A DNA stretch of 64,000 nt from a virus, in IMG/VR virus record IMGVR_UViG_3300028706_000553, one strand, 5' to 3'. Under the pieces are notes generated by a model. The model did not search any database and was not told the DNA's origin. It saw only the letters and a list, made by a program, of their open reading frames with translations. A program made the position numbers and the translations under genes. Below, piece by piece: positions 20,345-29,105 of the stretch. Within the stretch, counting starts at the first letter, position 1. Each line of letters begins with the position of its first letter.

Positions 20345-21339
20345 TGTTAGGACAATATTGGTATCACGGATTAACAAGAAAATATGTTTCTATATTTGGA
20401 ACCATTTTTAACGACATCTATTTAAAGCGTAAGAATGCTTCTGATGAATTTGTCGAAACATTAAAAGTTCCCTTAGCATACGGTCCGAAACAAAAATTTA
20501 TGACTAGGATCTCGGGCGATGCTAATCTAGACAAAAAGGTGGGGATGCAACTGCCGAGGATGGGCTTCGAGATGACTTCCATGTCATACAGTCCCGAGAG
20601 AATGTTGCATCCCCTTAACCAACAAAAATCAATGTGGAAGGGTCAAATTGGAGTAGTTAAAAGTCCAGTACCATATGATTACGCTTTCACATTGTCAGTG
20701 TTTGTAAAAAATGCGGATGACGGAACACAAATAATTGAACAGATAGTACCGTTTTTTCAACCCGATTTTACAGTAACTATAAATGCACTTCCAACAATGG
20801 GAATCAAGTTAGATGTTCCTATTATTTTAAATGGTGTTAATATTGAAGATTCATATGAAGGTGATTATCAAACACGAAGAGCAATAGTTTGGACATTAGA
20901 TTTTACAGTTAAGGGTTTTCTTTATCCGAATATTAAAGGTAAAGGATTTGGTGACGGTAGTGATGATCAGGCAACAGCATTAATACGCACATCAATTATC
21001 AATTTTCATATAATGCCGTATAGAGATCCAGGCTCGGTAGACGCCGAAAGAATTTTATTAGAATCAGATACAGGGTTTGGAAAAGGTAGGGATGAAATAT
21101 TAAATGAAGATGATTCCAAAATGTTATTAGAAACAACTAGAACAGATATTAATGCAACATTAGTAAAATCAAGATTTACATCTAAAGTACCTATAGATGT
21201 ACCAGCTGGCGATGATTATTATGAACCAACAGAAACAAGAGATTTCTTTGCAGAAGGTCTTGAATGGGATCCAGCTACAGGTACTGATACAATGGGTGGT
21301 ACATTAGATATAAACGCATTCGGTAATTCAAACAAATGA
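20344..21339 (+). CDS. gp15: Tail sheath stabiliser / terminator gp15
   Basis: FGTIFNDI, VPLAYGPKQKF, LPRMGFE, QIIEQIVPFFQPDFTVTI, RRAIVWTLDFTVKG. Confidence 0.92.
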   Translation: MLGQYWYHGLTRKYVSIFGTIFNDIYLKRKNASDEFVETLKVPLAYGPKQKFMTRISGDANLDKKVGMQLPRMGFEMTSMSYSPERMLHPLNQQKSMWKGQIGVVKSPVPYDYAFTLSVFVKNADDGTQIIEQIVPFFQPDFTVTINALPTMGIKLDVPIILNGVNIEDSYEGDYQTRRAIVWTLDFTVKGFLYPNIKGKGFGDGSDDQATALIRTSIINFHIMPYRDPGSVDAERILLESDTGFGKGRDEILNEDDSKMLLETTRTDINATLVKSRFTSKVPIDVPAGDDYYEPTETRDFFAEGLEWDPATGTDTMGGTLDINAFGNSNK

Positions 21340-21791
21340 TTAAAGATAAAATGGAAACTATTGAAAATATTGATAAGCAGGTTGACCCTAAAACGGTTGA
21401 TACAAAATTAGATGAGGTATTTGAGATTACACCAACATCTAAAAATGAACCTGTTGTATATAAAAAACCAGAAGTGAATGATGATGGAATGGATACTGAT
21501 TTTCAGTATGCACGAGAAAATATATATAATGTGATAGAGAGAGGGTCTGACGCCATGGAGGGCTTACTTGAAGTAGCTAGGGAAACAGAACACCCGAGAG
21601 CATACGAAGTAGTAGGTCAGTTAGTTGATAAGTTAACAAATGCAAATAAAGAGTTAATGGGATTACATAAAACAAAAAAAAGCATGTCAGATGAAGTCGT
21701 AAGGTCACCTCAAAATGTTACTAACGCACTATTTGTAGGGAGTACAGCTGATCTTCAGAAGATGCTGAAACAGAAATCTAAGGAGGCGTAA
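21336..21791 (+). CDS. gp16: Terminase small subunit gp16
   Basis: DFQYARENIY, ETEHPRAYEVVGQL, NALFVGSTADLQKML; follows gp15. Confidence 0.88.
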   Translation: MIKDKMETIENIDKQVDPKTVDTKLDEVFEITPTSKNEPVVYKKPEVNDDGMDTDFQYARENIYNVIERGSDAMEGLLEVARETEHPRAYEVVGQLVDKLTNANKELMGLHKTKKSMSDEVVRSPQNVTNALFVGSTADLQKMLKQKSKEA

Positions 21792-21793
21792 GC

Positions 21794-22144
21794 GTGGAAT
21801 CGCTATTCAGTGCGGTAAATATAACAATGTTTGGGATTATATTATTTTCCTCATTGTTCATATTTCTATTCAACTACAGACACGATAATAAAGACAAGTA
21901 TCAGGGCAAGTATTCTCTAATTGTATTTGATCTTTTCATTAACATGGGTATGTCAATTACTGGTTATATTTTAGTATGGCTAGTATTTGAAAACGTTCCA
22001 CAATTAGCTCCATTTAACACTTATAGATTTCCAGTAGGATATATGTTTGGTTTGACTTCTAATATAAGCATTCCAATTGTTTTGAAGTGGTTTACATCAC
22101 AAATCACTAAAAAGTTAAATGAAGCAGTGAAGAAAGGAGTATAA
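21794..22144 (+). CDS. Membrane protein (2-3 TM)
   Basis: GTG start with AGGAGG SD; several hydrophobic segments. Confidence 0.6.
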   Translation: MESLFSAVNITMFGIILFSSLFIFLFNYRHDNKDKYQGKYSLIVFDLFINMGMSITGYILVWLVFENVPQLAPFNTYRFPVGYMFGLTSNISIPIVLKWFTSQITKKLNEAVKKGV

Positions 22145-22602
22145 TGGCGGTAAAACCTAAACAAACTACTGCTCCTGAAGAAGTTGCGGACGAACATGTC
22201 GAGGTAATGGAATTAGAACCAGTAAAAGCCATTGAAATAGAAACTAAAAATCTAGTAGCATCAAGTAGAATATTCATATACACTATAATAGGATTACTGG
22301 CATATTTAATTTTCTTAGTAATACCAGATATTTCCGAGAAGGTTACATGGGTGGAAAAGGATCTTAATTCTGTATTAGTACAATCAGAAAGATTCAAAAA
22401 ATCCACCAGAGTATTTGCAAGAGATAATCAATGTGCATCTTGTCACTTAGAGCCTGATTATCTTCTTCATAATCTCTTAACGAAGTATCCTAGTTTTTCA
22501 GATATTAAATCATTTATGTCTGTAGGACATCAACGATATTATACAATGACTCAACCTATATCAGATGCTGAACTCTTAGCAATTTATAGGACTTTACAAT
22601 GA
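22144..22602 (+). CDS. Membrane-anchored c-type cytochrome-like protein
   Basis: TM segment IFIYTIIGLLAYLIFLVIP, then CASCH (CxxCH), then a C-terminal M...ISDAELLAIYRTL helix like class I cytochromes c. Confidence 0.6.
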   Translation: MAVKPKQTTAPEEVADEHVEVMELEPVKAIEIETKNLVASSRIFIYTIIGLLAYLIFLVIPDISEKVTWVEKDLNSVLVQSERFKKSTRVFARDNQCASCHLEPDYLLHNLLTKYPSFSDIKSFMSVGHQRYYTMTQPISDAELLAIYRTLQ

Positions 22603-23720
22603 TCATGGTTGGCAAACTTCTTGCATTTTTAATATTTTTAGTTATATCAGCATATCCCGGTAAAGCCAAAGATTCTCCTCATGATCGTACTGGCGCAGTA
22701 GTTAGCAAAATAAAACAAATAGAATACATTCCAACATATGGATCAACGTTTAAAAGAGTAAAAGAACGTGGTCATATAATATGTGGTGCCAAAGATTCTA
22801 TGCCAGGTTTTGGAGAAGAGCTTTGGGATGCAGAAACAGGCGTATTAAAATTTCAGGGCTTTGATATAGATATTTGTAGGGCAATTGCTACTGCAGTATT
22901 CGGAGATAAGGAAAAGGTTGAATATGAAATAATAGATGGTAAAACAAGATTTAGTTATTTAATAGATGGAACGGTTGATGTGGTATCGGCTACTGTTACA
23001 TACACATATACTAGAAATGTTCTTAAAAAATTAGAGTTCATGCCCACTACATATTATGATGGACAAGGATTTATTGTTCGAAAGACTCTTGGTGTATCAT
23101 CTGCAAAGCAAATGGATGGTGCAAGAATATGTTATAGTTCAACCGGAACTGCCGCAAAAAATACTAAGGATTTTTTTACAAAACATTTTCTTAATTATGT
23201 TCCAGTTGTGGTGCCAGTTGGAGAAAAATCTAAAGATTATTACTTAGATCGTAAATGTGATATGTATGGCACAGATCGCTCCGGTTTAGCATCTAATAGA
23301 ATTGGTTTTAAAAATCCGGAACAACATGTGATCCTTCCAGAAATTATTTCAAAAGAACCTCTTGGTCCAGTAGTAAAATATGGAGATCAACAATGGTCTG
23401 ATATTGTAAGGTGGACAATATATGTTCTGTTCATTGCAGAAGAAATGGGATTAAATTCAAATAATATATCTAAATTTAAAAATAATATAGATCCAAGTAT
23501 ACAACGATTTATGGGCGAATTAAATGGTAATGATCATCCTCATCTAGGGGCTAAATTAGGATTAGATGCTACATGGGCATATGAAGTTATTAAACAAGTT
23601 GGAAATTATAAAGAAATATATGAAAGAAATCTTGGTGAAAATACACCTCTAGCTCTTAAACGTGGGCTAAATAAATTGTACACTGAAGGTGGTTTATTAT
23701 ATGCACCTCCATTAAAATAG
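22599..23720 (+). CDS. Amino-acid ABC transporter substrate-binding protein (AapJ/BztA-like)
   Basis: Signal-peptide-like N-terminus; GFDIDICRAIATAVFGD, YYDGQGF, EIISKEPLGPVV, DQQWSDIVRW, VGNYKEIYERN, GGLLYAPP. Confidence 0.88.
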   Translation: MIMVGKLLAFLIFLVISAYPGKAKDSPHDRTGAVVSKIKQIEYIPTYGSTFKRVKERGHIICGAKDSMPGFGEELWDAETGVLKFQGFDIDICRAIATAVFGDKEKVEYEIIDGKTRFSYLIDGTVDVVSATVTYTYTRNVLKKLEFMPTTYYDGQGFIVRKTLGVSSAKQMDGARICYSSTGTAAKNTKDFFTKHFLNYVPVVVPVGEKSKDYYLDRKCDMYGTDRSGLASNRIGFKNPEQHVILPEIISKEPLGPVVKYGDQQWSDIVRWTIYVLFIAEEMGLNSNNISKFKNNIDPSIQRFMGELNGNDHPHLGAKLGLDATWAYEVIKQVGNYKEIYERNLGENTPLALKRGLNKLYTEGGLLYAPPLK

Positions 23721-23727
23721 GGAAAAA

Positions 23728-24045
23728 ATGCCAGATGAATTAGTCGATAAAATGTCAAATGAAATAGCCGCAGCAGAAGATAACTTACGAATATGGACAG
23801 AAAAATATGAAATGGAAGTTAGGCGTGAAGCAGTGACTGCACAAGCGGATGCAAAGATGGCACTTGACGCGGCAAAAATAAGATTAGAGAAGTTGACAGC
23901 ACAATATAAACCAGAATATTTAACTAGGTTTGAAGCACTTCCAGTTCCACCAAAGTTTAAGCCACCATTGCCTGTAATACCAGAAGAAATTAAAAAAGAA
24001 ATTCTACCAAAGGTAACCAGAAGTAAGAAGAAAAAGAAAAAGTGA
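23728..24045 (+). CDS. Hypothetical protein
   Basis: 105 aa; coiled-coil N-terminus, Pro-rich middle, Lys-rich tail. Confidence 0.55.
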   Translation: MPDELVDKMSNEIAAAEDNLRIWTEKYEMEVRREAVTAQADAKMALDAAKIRLEKLTAQYKPEYLTRFEALPVPPKFKPPLPVIPEEIKKEILPKVTRSKKKKKK

Positions 24046-24084
24046 GTTAATAAAATATAAACATTATAATTAAAAAAGGATGAT

Positions 24085-24309
24085 ATGTCTTGGATTGGGA
24101 ATATAATTAAAAAAGTTTTTAAAAATGAAGGTTTAAAACAACCAGAACCTGAACCTAAAAAAGCTGAGAAAAAAGTAAAAAAGAAAAATTTGAAAAGTAT
24201 GACAAAAAAACAATTAGAGTCATACGGTAGAGAATTAGGTGTCGAATTGGATAGACGACATAATAAAGCTAAATTAATTGCACGACTGGAAGAGGCGGTT
24301 GCAAATTAA
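24085..24309 (+). CDS. Small basic protein with Rho-N/HeH-like helical motif
   Basis: AAGGA SD; LKSMTKKQLESYGRELGVELDRRHNKAKLIARL. Confidence 0.5.
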   Translation: MSWIGNIIKKVFKNEGLKQPEPEPKKAEKKVKKKNLKSMTKKQLESYGRELGVELDRRHNKAKLIARLEEAVAN

Positions 24310-24583
24310 TAATACAATAAAAGAGTATTGGCGCGATTGGGCTGCACTCGTTTATTTGTTTATCTGCTTAGTAGATTTTTTTGTAGCGCCTTTGATATGG
24401 AACTTAATGATGGCGGAATATTGTGACACACATGATTGTATAAAAGAAGGTGTAACACGATGGATTCCTTTGACACTTGAAAGTGGCGCCATGTTTCATC
24501 TTTCATTCGGAGCAATCCTTGGTGCAACGTCATTTAATAAACATAAAGAGATTCACGCTAGCACTAAGTCTACTGATACTTAG
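24278..24583 (+). CDS. Holin-like membrane protein (GTA 3TM holin-like)
   Basis: WRDWAALVYLFICLVDFFVAP...WIPLTLESGAMFHLSFGAILG pattern; start codon uncertain (TTG 24278 or 24299). Confidence 0.55.
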   Translation: MHDWKRRLQINNTIKEYWRDWAALVYLFICLVDFFVAPLIWNLMMAEYCDTHDCIKEGVTRWIPLTLESGAMFHLSFGAILGATSFNKHKEIHASTKSTDT

Positions 24584-25265
24584 TGGATGTGCTGAAAATA
24601 AAACTGATTCAAATAATGATCTTGATAGTGGAGATAAATCAAATCTACCAGTCACAATATCATCTCTGATTGAACACGCAGAGTATTGTAAAGTAATTTA
24701 CGATAGTGGTGGTAATCAAAAAGATGAAGTTGCATTTGATGTAAAACAAGATAGTGGAATAACAATAATTATTATTAGGGGCACTGCCAATGCAGAAAAT
24801 GTCCAATCTGATATTGATGTAAGATTAGTAGATGATGCAGTCACAGGAATCAAACTTCATAAAGGATTCAGAGATGCGTCTTTAGGTGTTATGGAGATTA
24901 TTGATAGAGATCATACAGTTGAACATACTGTACATATTACAGGTCACAGTTTAGGTGGAGCTATTTCACAAATAATAGGAATGTGGCTTCATAAAAGAGG
25001 TCACAATGTTCAAATCTATTCTTACGGATCACCAAAAGTTACTTATCAAATTATGTCTGGAGGACAGCCCACTCATTGGCGTGTGGTTCGTCTTAGCGAT
25101 CCTATCCCTTTTACTCCTCCCTGGCCTTATGCTCATACCGGTCTTTTTATAGATAGTCAGACTTTAGATTGGGGTCCAGATAATGATAATGGATTAATTT
25201 CTCAAACAGATGGCTTGACTCACGCCATAGCAAAATATGTGGAAACATTGAAAGCCGCTCAATGA
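24522..25265 (+). CDS. Lipoprotein with class-3 lipase (alpha/beta hydrolase) domain
   Basis: GTG at 24522 with GGAG SD; signal peptide ending LILSG-C (lipobox); IIRGT, HKGF, GHSLGG (GxSxG), YGSPKV, DPIP. Confidence 0.8.
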   Translation: MQRHLINIKRFTLALSLLILSGCAENKTDSNNDLDSGDKSNLPVTISSLIEHAEYCKVIYDSGGNQKDEVAFDVKQDSGITIIIIRGTANAENVQSDIDVRLVDDAVTGIKLHKGFRDASLGVMEIIDRDHTVEHTVHITGHSLGGAISQIIGMWLHKRGHNVQIYSYGSPKVTYQIMSGGQPTHWRVVRLSDPIPFTPPWPYAHTGLFIDSQTLDWGPDNDNGLISQTDGLTHAIAKYVETLKAAQ

Positions 25266-25984
25266 AGGGTGAAGAAAGACCTTACTTAAAAAAATATGGA
25301 ATAGAAGAAAAGGTTAACCCATTTGAAAACATTCCAGAAGATAGAACAGCCGTAGATAACATTTTAAGAGTGAATCACGGTAATCAAATGAGATTAAACT
25401 TGATGGCTGATGCTAAAGCTAATATTATGATTACTGTTTCTTCTATTGTTTTTTCAGTCACTATAGCTAATTTAGATAATGAAATAATGAAATGGCCTTT
25501 AATAACATTTGCAGTTGGAAACTTTTTTACATTATTATTTGCCATATTTGCAATTATTCCAAAAACAGCTTATCCTAAGCTACCACATTCCAATGAAATT
25601 GATAGAAAATCGCCTTGGTTTAATCCTTTATTTTTCGGACATTTTGCACATATTGATATTGATGAATATAAAAAAGATTACGCAGAAAAATTGTTGACTG
25701 ATGATAAAATATATGATACTATGGTAGGAGATATATATGGCCAAGGAAAAGTACTTGCACTTAGTAAATATAAGTATCTCAAATGGTCATATAATTGTTT
25801 TCTTGGAGGGATGGCATCAGCAATGGCAGTTTTTGCATTACAAGGGGCTGCAGCAGATTTTATATTAGAGTATGGATTATGGTTAAAAGATATTATATTT
25901 GAGGAAATATCATTTACTTTTGATGGACTGAGAGAAGTAGCCTGTCAAATAAGTACTCCATGTCGACAGAAATATAACTTATAA
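25262..25984 (+). CDS. Pycsar transmembrane-effector-like (DUF5706/PycTM) membrane protein
   Basis: LNLMADAKANIMITVSS, two TM helices, LFFGHF, YGQGKVLALSKYKYLKWSYNCF; recognised from memory of the family pattern. Confidence 0.7.
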   Translation: MKGEERPYLKKYGIEEKVNPFENIPEDRTAVDNILRVNHGNQMRLNLMADAKANIMITVSSIVFSVTIANLDNEIMKWPLITFAVGNFFTLLFAIFAIIPKTAYPKLPHSNEIDRKSPWFNPLFFGHFAHIDIDEYKKDYAEKLLTDDKIYDTMVGDIYGQGKVLALSKYKYLKWSYNCFLGGMASAMAVFALQGAAADFILEYGLWLKDIIFEEISFTFDGLREVACQISTPCRQKYNL

Positions 25985-25987
25985 ATA
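25980..25987 (+). promoter_or_regulatory. T4 late promoter TATAAATA
   Basis: Exact consensus 31 nt upstream of the 26019 ATG. Confidence 0.65.
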
Positions 25988-26018
25988 TGATATACAGATA
26001 ACTTTATGGAACGTATAA

Positions 26019-26399
26019 ATGAGTATATTGAATAGAAGTAAACGTCAAGGTGACGATAAAATAAATACTGTTAAGGAATTGATTATTACATCAGAAGATA
26101 AATTATGGGAAAGTGATCCAATGAAAGCATTGACATTTGAAGGTACGGAACGTCGCAAAAAATTGAACTGGTGGACAAGAACATTTTTATCCATTGTTAT
26201 AGTTCTTACTTTTTTATTCTTAGTGTGGTTACTCTTTATGGAGGACCTGCCTGATGCATCTCGCGATTTAATAAATATAATGACCGGGGCGTATGTGGCG
26301 GTACTCGCCAAAGCAACGGACTACTGGTTCAAAGATAAAGATGATCCAGAACACAAAGAAACAGAACGAGAATTAGCAAAAGATGCTAGCGTAAGCTAA
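26019..26399 (+). CDS. Two-TM membrane protein, holin-like
   Basis: TM segments FLSIVIVLTFLFLVWLLF and LINIMTGAYVAVLA, DYWF motif, charged termini. Confidence 0.55.
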   Translation: MSILNRSKRQGDDKINTVKELIITSEDKLWESDPMKALTFEGTERRKKLNWWTRTFLSIVIVLTFLFLVWLLFMEDLPDASRDLINIMTGAYVAVLAKATDYWFKDKDDPEHKETERELAKDASVS

Positions 26400-26427
26400 T
26401 AAATTAAAATCTAAAAAAAGTAAAGCT

Positions 26428-26703
26428 ATGTCTTTAGAAAAAGAAAATTTAGAGGCCCATGTTGACTTATGTGCGGAGAGGTACCAGCGCTTGGAAGAAA
26501 AGTATCAACTGCTGAAAGATACTATTGATAAAAGTAATACGGTTATTCACGAAAGAATTTCCAAAATGAAAGATAGTATGGACGAAATGAAAGCATTATC
26601 AATAGAACAACATTTTAAACTAAATAGAATAATAATAACTACTGCTGTTGCTGTTATAGGTACTATTGTTGCCGCAGTTATTCAACAGTTGATCCATAAT
26701 TAG
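26428..26703 (+). CDS. Coiled-coil protein with C-terminal TM anchor
   Basis: LEAHVDLCAERY coiled coil followed by IIITTAVAVIGTIVAAVI. Confidence 0.6.
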   Translation: MSLEKENLEAHVDLCAERYQRLEEKYQLLKDTIDKSNTVIHERISKMKDSMDEMKALSIEQHFKLNRIIITTAVAVIGTIVAAVIQQLIHN

Positions 26704-26709
26704 GTTAAT

Positions 26710-27177
26710 ATGTTAACATTGATTGATATAATAGAAGAAGAACTAGATGAATTATTAGAGCTTGAAGAAGATCTTGCTGAAGATGGTTTAACTTTAGAAG
26801 ATTTCTATGAGTGGACTGATCAATTAGATGAAAAAGAATCCCAAGCAAATTATATTAATAGAATGAAAAAATTGGGTAGAAAAGCCAGACGTATAAACAA
26901 GTTATCTTCAACGAAAAGAAAAAAGAAAAGATCTCAATTAAGACGAAAGACTGCTGCTAAGATTCAAAAATCAGCCCTACGTAAGGCCCAAGGTGATGTA
27001 ATACCAAAAGCAGTAATGAAGGCTACAGGTACTGGTGGAATGATTAAAAGAAAAAGATGGAAAGAAATGAAAAAGAAAATGGTTGATAGAAAGAAAGTAG
27101 TAAAAGCCCGTGAAGTTAAAAGAGGCGAACCCGCAAGGATGAAAGCAGCCCGTAGATCAATGGCCAAACGAGGATAA
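26710..27177 (+). CDS. Protein with acidic N-terminus and very basic C-terminus (possible head-internal protein)
   Basis: Glu/Asp-rich first ~45 aa, then Lys/Arg-rich. Confidence 0.5.
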   Translation: MLTLIDIIEEELDELLELEEDLAEDGLTLEDFYEWTDQLDEKESQANYINRMKKLGRKARRINKLSSTKRKKKRSQLRRKTAAKIQKSALRKAQGDVIPKAVMKATGTGGMIKRKRWKEMKKKMVDRKKVVKAREVKRGEPARMKAARRSMAKRG

Positions 27178-27179
27178 AT

Positions 27180-27383
27180 ATGCATCATATTTCAGTAAAA
27201 GAAAAAATTGAACATACAAAGTCATACAGTTCTGATGGTGGAAGAAATGTTCGTAAAGTTATAAAAAAAAGAATTGTTTCCCGAAGAAGGACCGCAGTCA
27301 CAGAATCAGGTGCTGAATTATTGAAAACCGCTCCAAAAGATGAAAACGGTCAAACCAATTGGAAAAAAATAATGAATAGCTAA
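27180..27383 (+). CDS. Hypothetical small protein
   Basis: 67 aa, abutting gp17. Confidence 0.45.
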   Translation: MHHISVKEKIEHTKSYSSDGGRNVRKVIKKRIVSRRRTAVTESGAELLKTAPKDENGQTNWKKIMNS

Positions 27384-29036
27384 ATGCCAAGTACACATTA
27401 TCTCGGAAATCCAAAATTAAAATCTGCTAATGTTCCAGTAGAATTTGCTGAAGAAGAATTAGCTGAGTATATAAAATGTCAAAGTGATCCTGTATATTTT
27501 ATTAAAAAATATGTAAAGATTATTCATGTTGATAAAGGCTTAGTGCCTTTTGATCTATATTCTTTTCAAGAGAATATGGTAGAGACATTTCACGACAATA
27601 GATTCGTGATTTGTAAGATGCCACGACAGTCTGGTAAGTCAACCACTATTATTGCATTCTTTTTACATTACATACTTTTTAATGAAAATGTACAAGTAGG
27701 TATTCTTGCTAATAAAGGTTCACTCGCTAGAGAATTATTAGATAGATTAAAACTATCTTATGAAAATTTACCCATGTGGTTACAGCAGGGTATTTTAGCA
27801 TGGAATAAAGGTAATATAGAATTAGAGAATGGTTCAAAAGTATTAGCGGCTGCTACATCATCATCCGCGGTACGGGGATCATCATTTAATATAATCTTCC
27901 TAGACGAGTTCGCCCACGTTCCAAAAGAATTAGCAGAAGAATTTTTTACTTCAGTATATCCAACTATTTCTTCTGGGCAAACTACCAAAGTCTTTATTGT
28001 ATCTACACCTTTAGGGTTAAATCAATTCTATAAGATGTGGGTTGATGCAGAAGAAAAAAGAAGTAATTATATACCTATAGATGTTCATTGGTCTGAAATT
28101 CCAGGTAGAGATTCAAAATGGAAAGAAGAGACCATTCGAAATACCAGTGAAAGACAATTTTCACAAGAATTCGAAACTGAATTTGTTGGTAGTACACAGA
28201 CACTTATAGCAGGTTCTAAATTAAGACAATTGCCGTTTAAGACACCAATACATTCGCAAGAAAATATTGATATATTTGAAAATCCAATAGAAAAACATTC
28301 GTATACTATATGTGTTGATACGGCAAGAGGACAGGGATTAGATTATTCCGCACTTACAGTTATAGATTCAACTGAAGTCCCTTATAAACTTGTAGCGAAA
28401 TATAGATGTGATACTATATCACCTTTACTATATCCTAACATAATTTATAAAATAGCTAAACATTATAATGAGGCATATGTATTAGTTGAAGTAAATGATA
28501 TAGGCGAACAGGTAGCAGTTACCTTACACCAAGATTTAGAATATGAAAATATGATGATGATGACTTGGAAAGGCAGAGGCGGACAACAGCTGGGCGGTGG
28601 GTTTGGTAAAAATGCTCAGTGGGGTGTAAGAACTACTAAACAAGTTAAACGTTTAGGATGTGCTACATTAAAGAGTTTAATCGAAGAAGATAAGTTAGTT
28701 ATTACAGATTATGATGTAATATATGAACTTACTTCATTTTCAGCAAGAAAAGATTCATACGAAGCTGAAGAAGGTCATCATGATGACTTAGTAATCACGT
28801 TAGTCATCTTTGCGTGGTTAACTAATCAAGAATATTATAAAGAATTAACAGATGTAGATTTACGTGAAAAGATGTACTCAGAAAAAATGAAAGAAATTGA
28901 AGAAAGCTATTTACCGTTTGGAATTATAGATGATGGATTGGAAGAAGAAGAAATCGTCGATAATGAAGGAAATAGGTGGCAAGTTGACCGAACCAATAGA
29001 GTTTTAGAAGATACAGGTCATCATACTTTTTTCTGA
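27384..29036 (+). CDS. gp17: Terminase large subunit gp17
   Basis: YLGNPKLK; Walker A PRQSGKST; Walker B IIFLDEFAH; nuclease motifs VDTARG...DYS and HHDDLV. Confidence 0.97.
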   Translation: MPSTHYLGNPKLKSANVPVEFAEEELAEYIKCQSDPVYFIKKYVKIIHVDKGLVPFDLYSFQENMVETFHDNRFVICKMPRQSGKSTTIIAFFLHYILFNENVQVGILANKGSLARELLDRLKLSYENLPMWLQQGILAWNKGNIELENGSKVLAAATSSSAVRGSSFNIIFLDEFAHVPKELAEEFFTSVYPTISSGQTTKVFIVSTPLGLNQFYKMWVDAEEKRSNYIPIDVHWSEIPGRDSKWKEETIRNTSERQFSQEFETEFVGSTQTLIAGSKLRQLPFKTPIHSQENIDIFENPIEKHSYTICVDTARGQGLDYSALTVIDSTEVPYKLVAKYRCDTISPLLYPNIIYKIAKHYNEAYVLVEVNDIGEQVAVTLHQDLEYENMMMMTWKGRGGQQLGGGFGKNAQWGVRTTKQVKRLGCATLKSLIEEDKLVITDYDVIYELTSFSARKDSYEAEEGHHDDLVITLVIFAWLTNQEYYKELTDVDLREKMYSEKMKEIEESYLPFGIIDDGLEEEEIVDNEGNRWQVDRTNRVLEDTGHHTFF

Positions 29037-29048
29037 AACCGGTTTGTT

Positions 29049-29056
29049 TATAAATA
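29049..29056 (+). promoter_or_regulatory. T4 late promoter TATAAATA (gp18)
   Basis: Exact consensus in the intergenic region upstream of gp18, which has an AGGAG SD. Confidence 0.8.
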
Positions 29057-29105
29057 ATCTTAGTAACTAATAATACATGAACTTAATGAATCATAGGAGA
29101 AGAAG

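Noticed and set aside
24477-24521. ORF-track start (TTG 24477) for the lipase
   Set aside because: GTG 24522 has a GGAG SD and gives a normal-length lipoprotein signal peptide.
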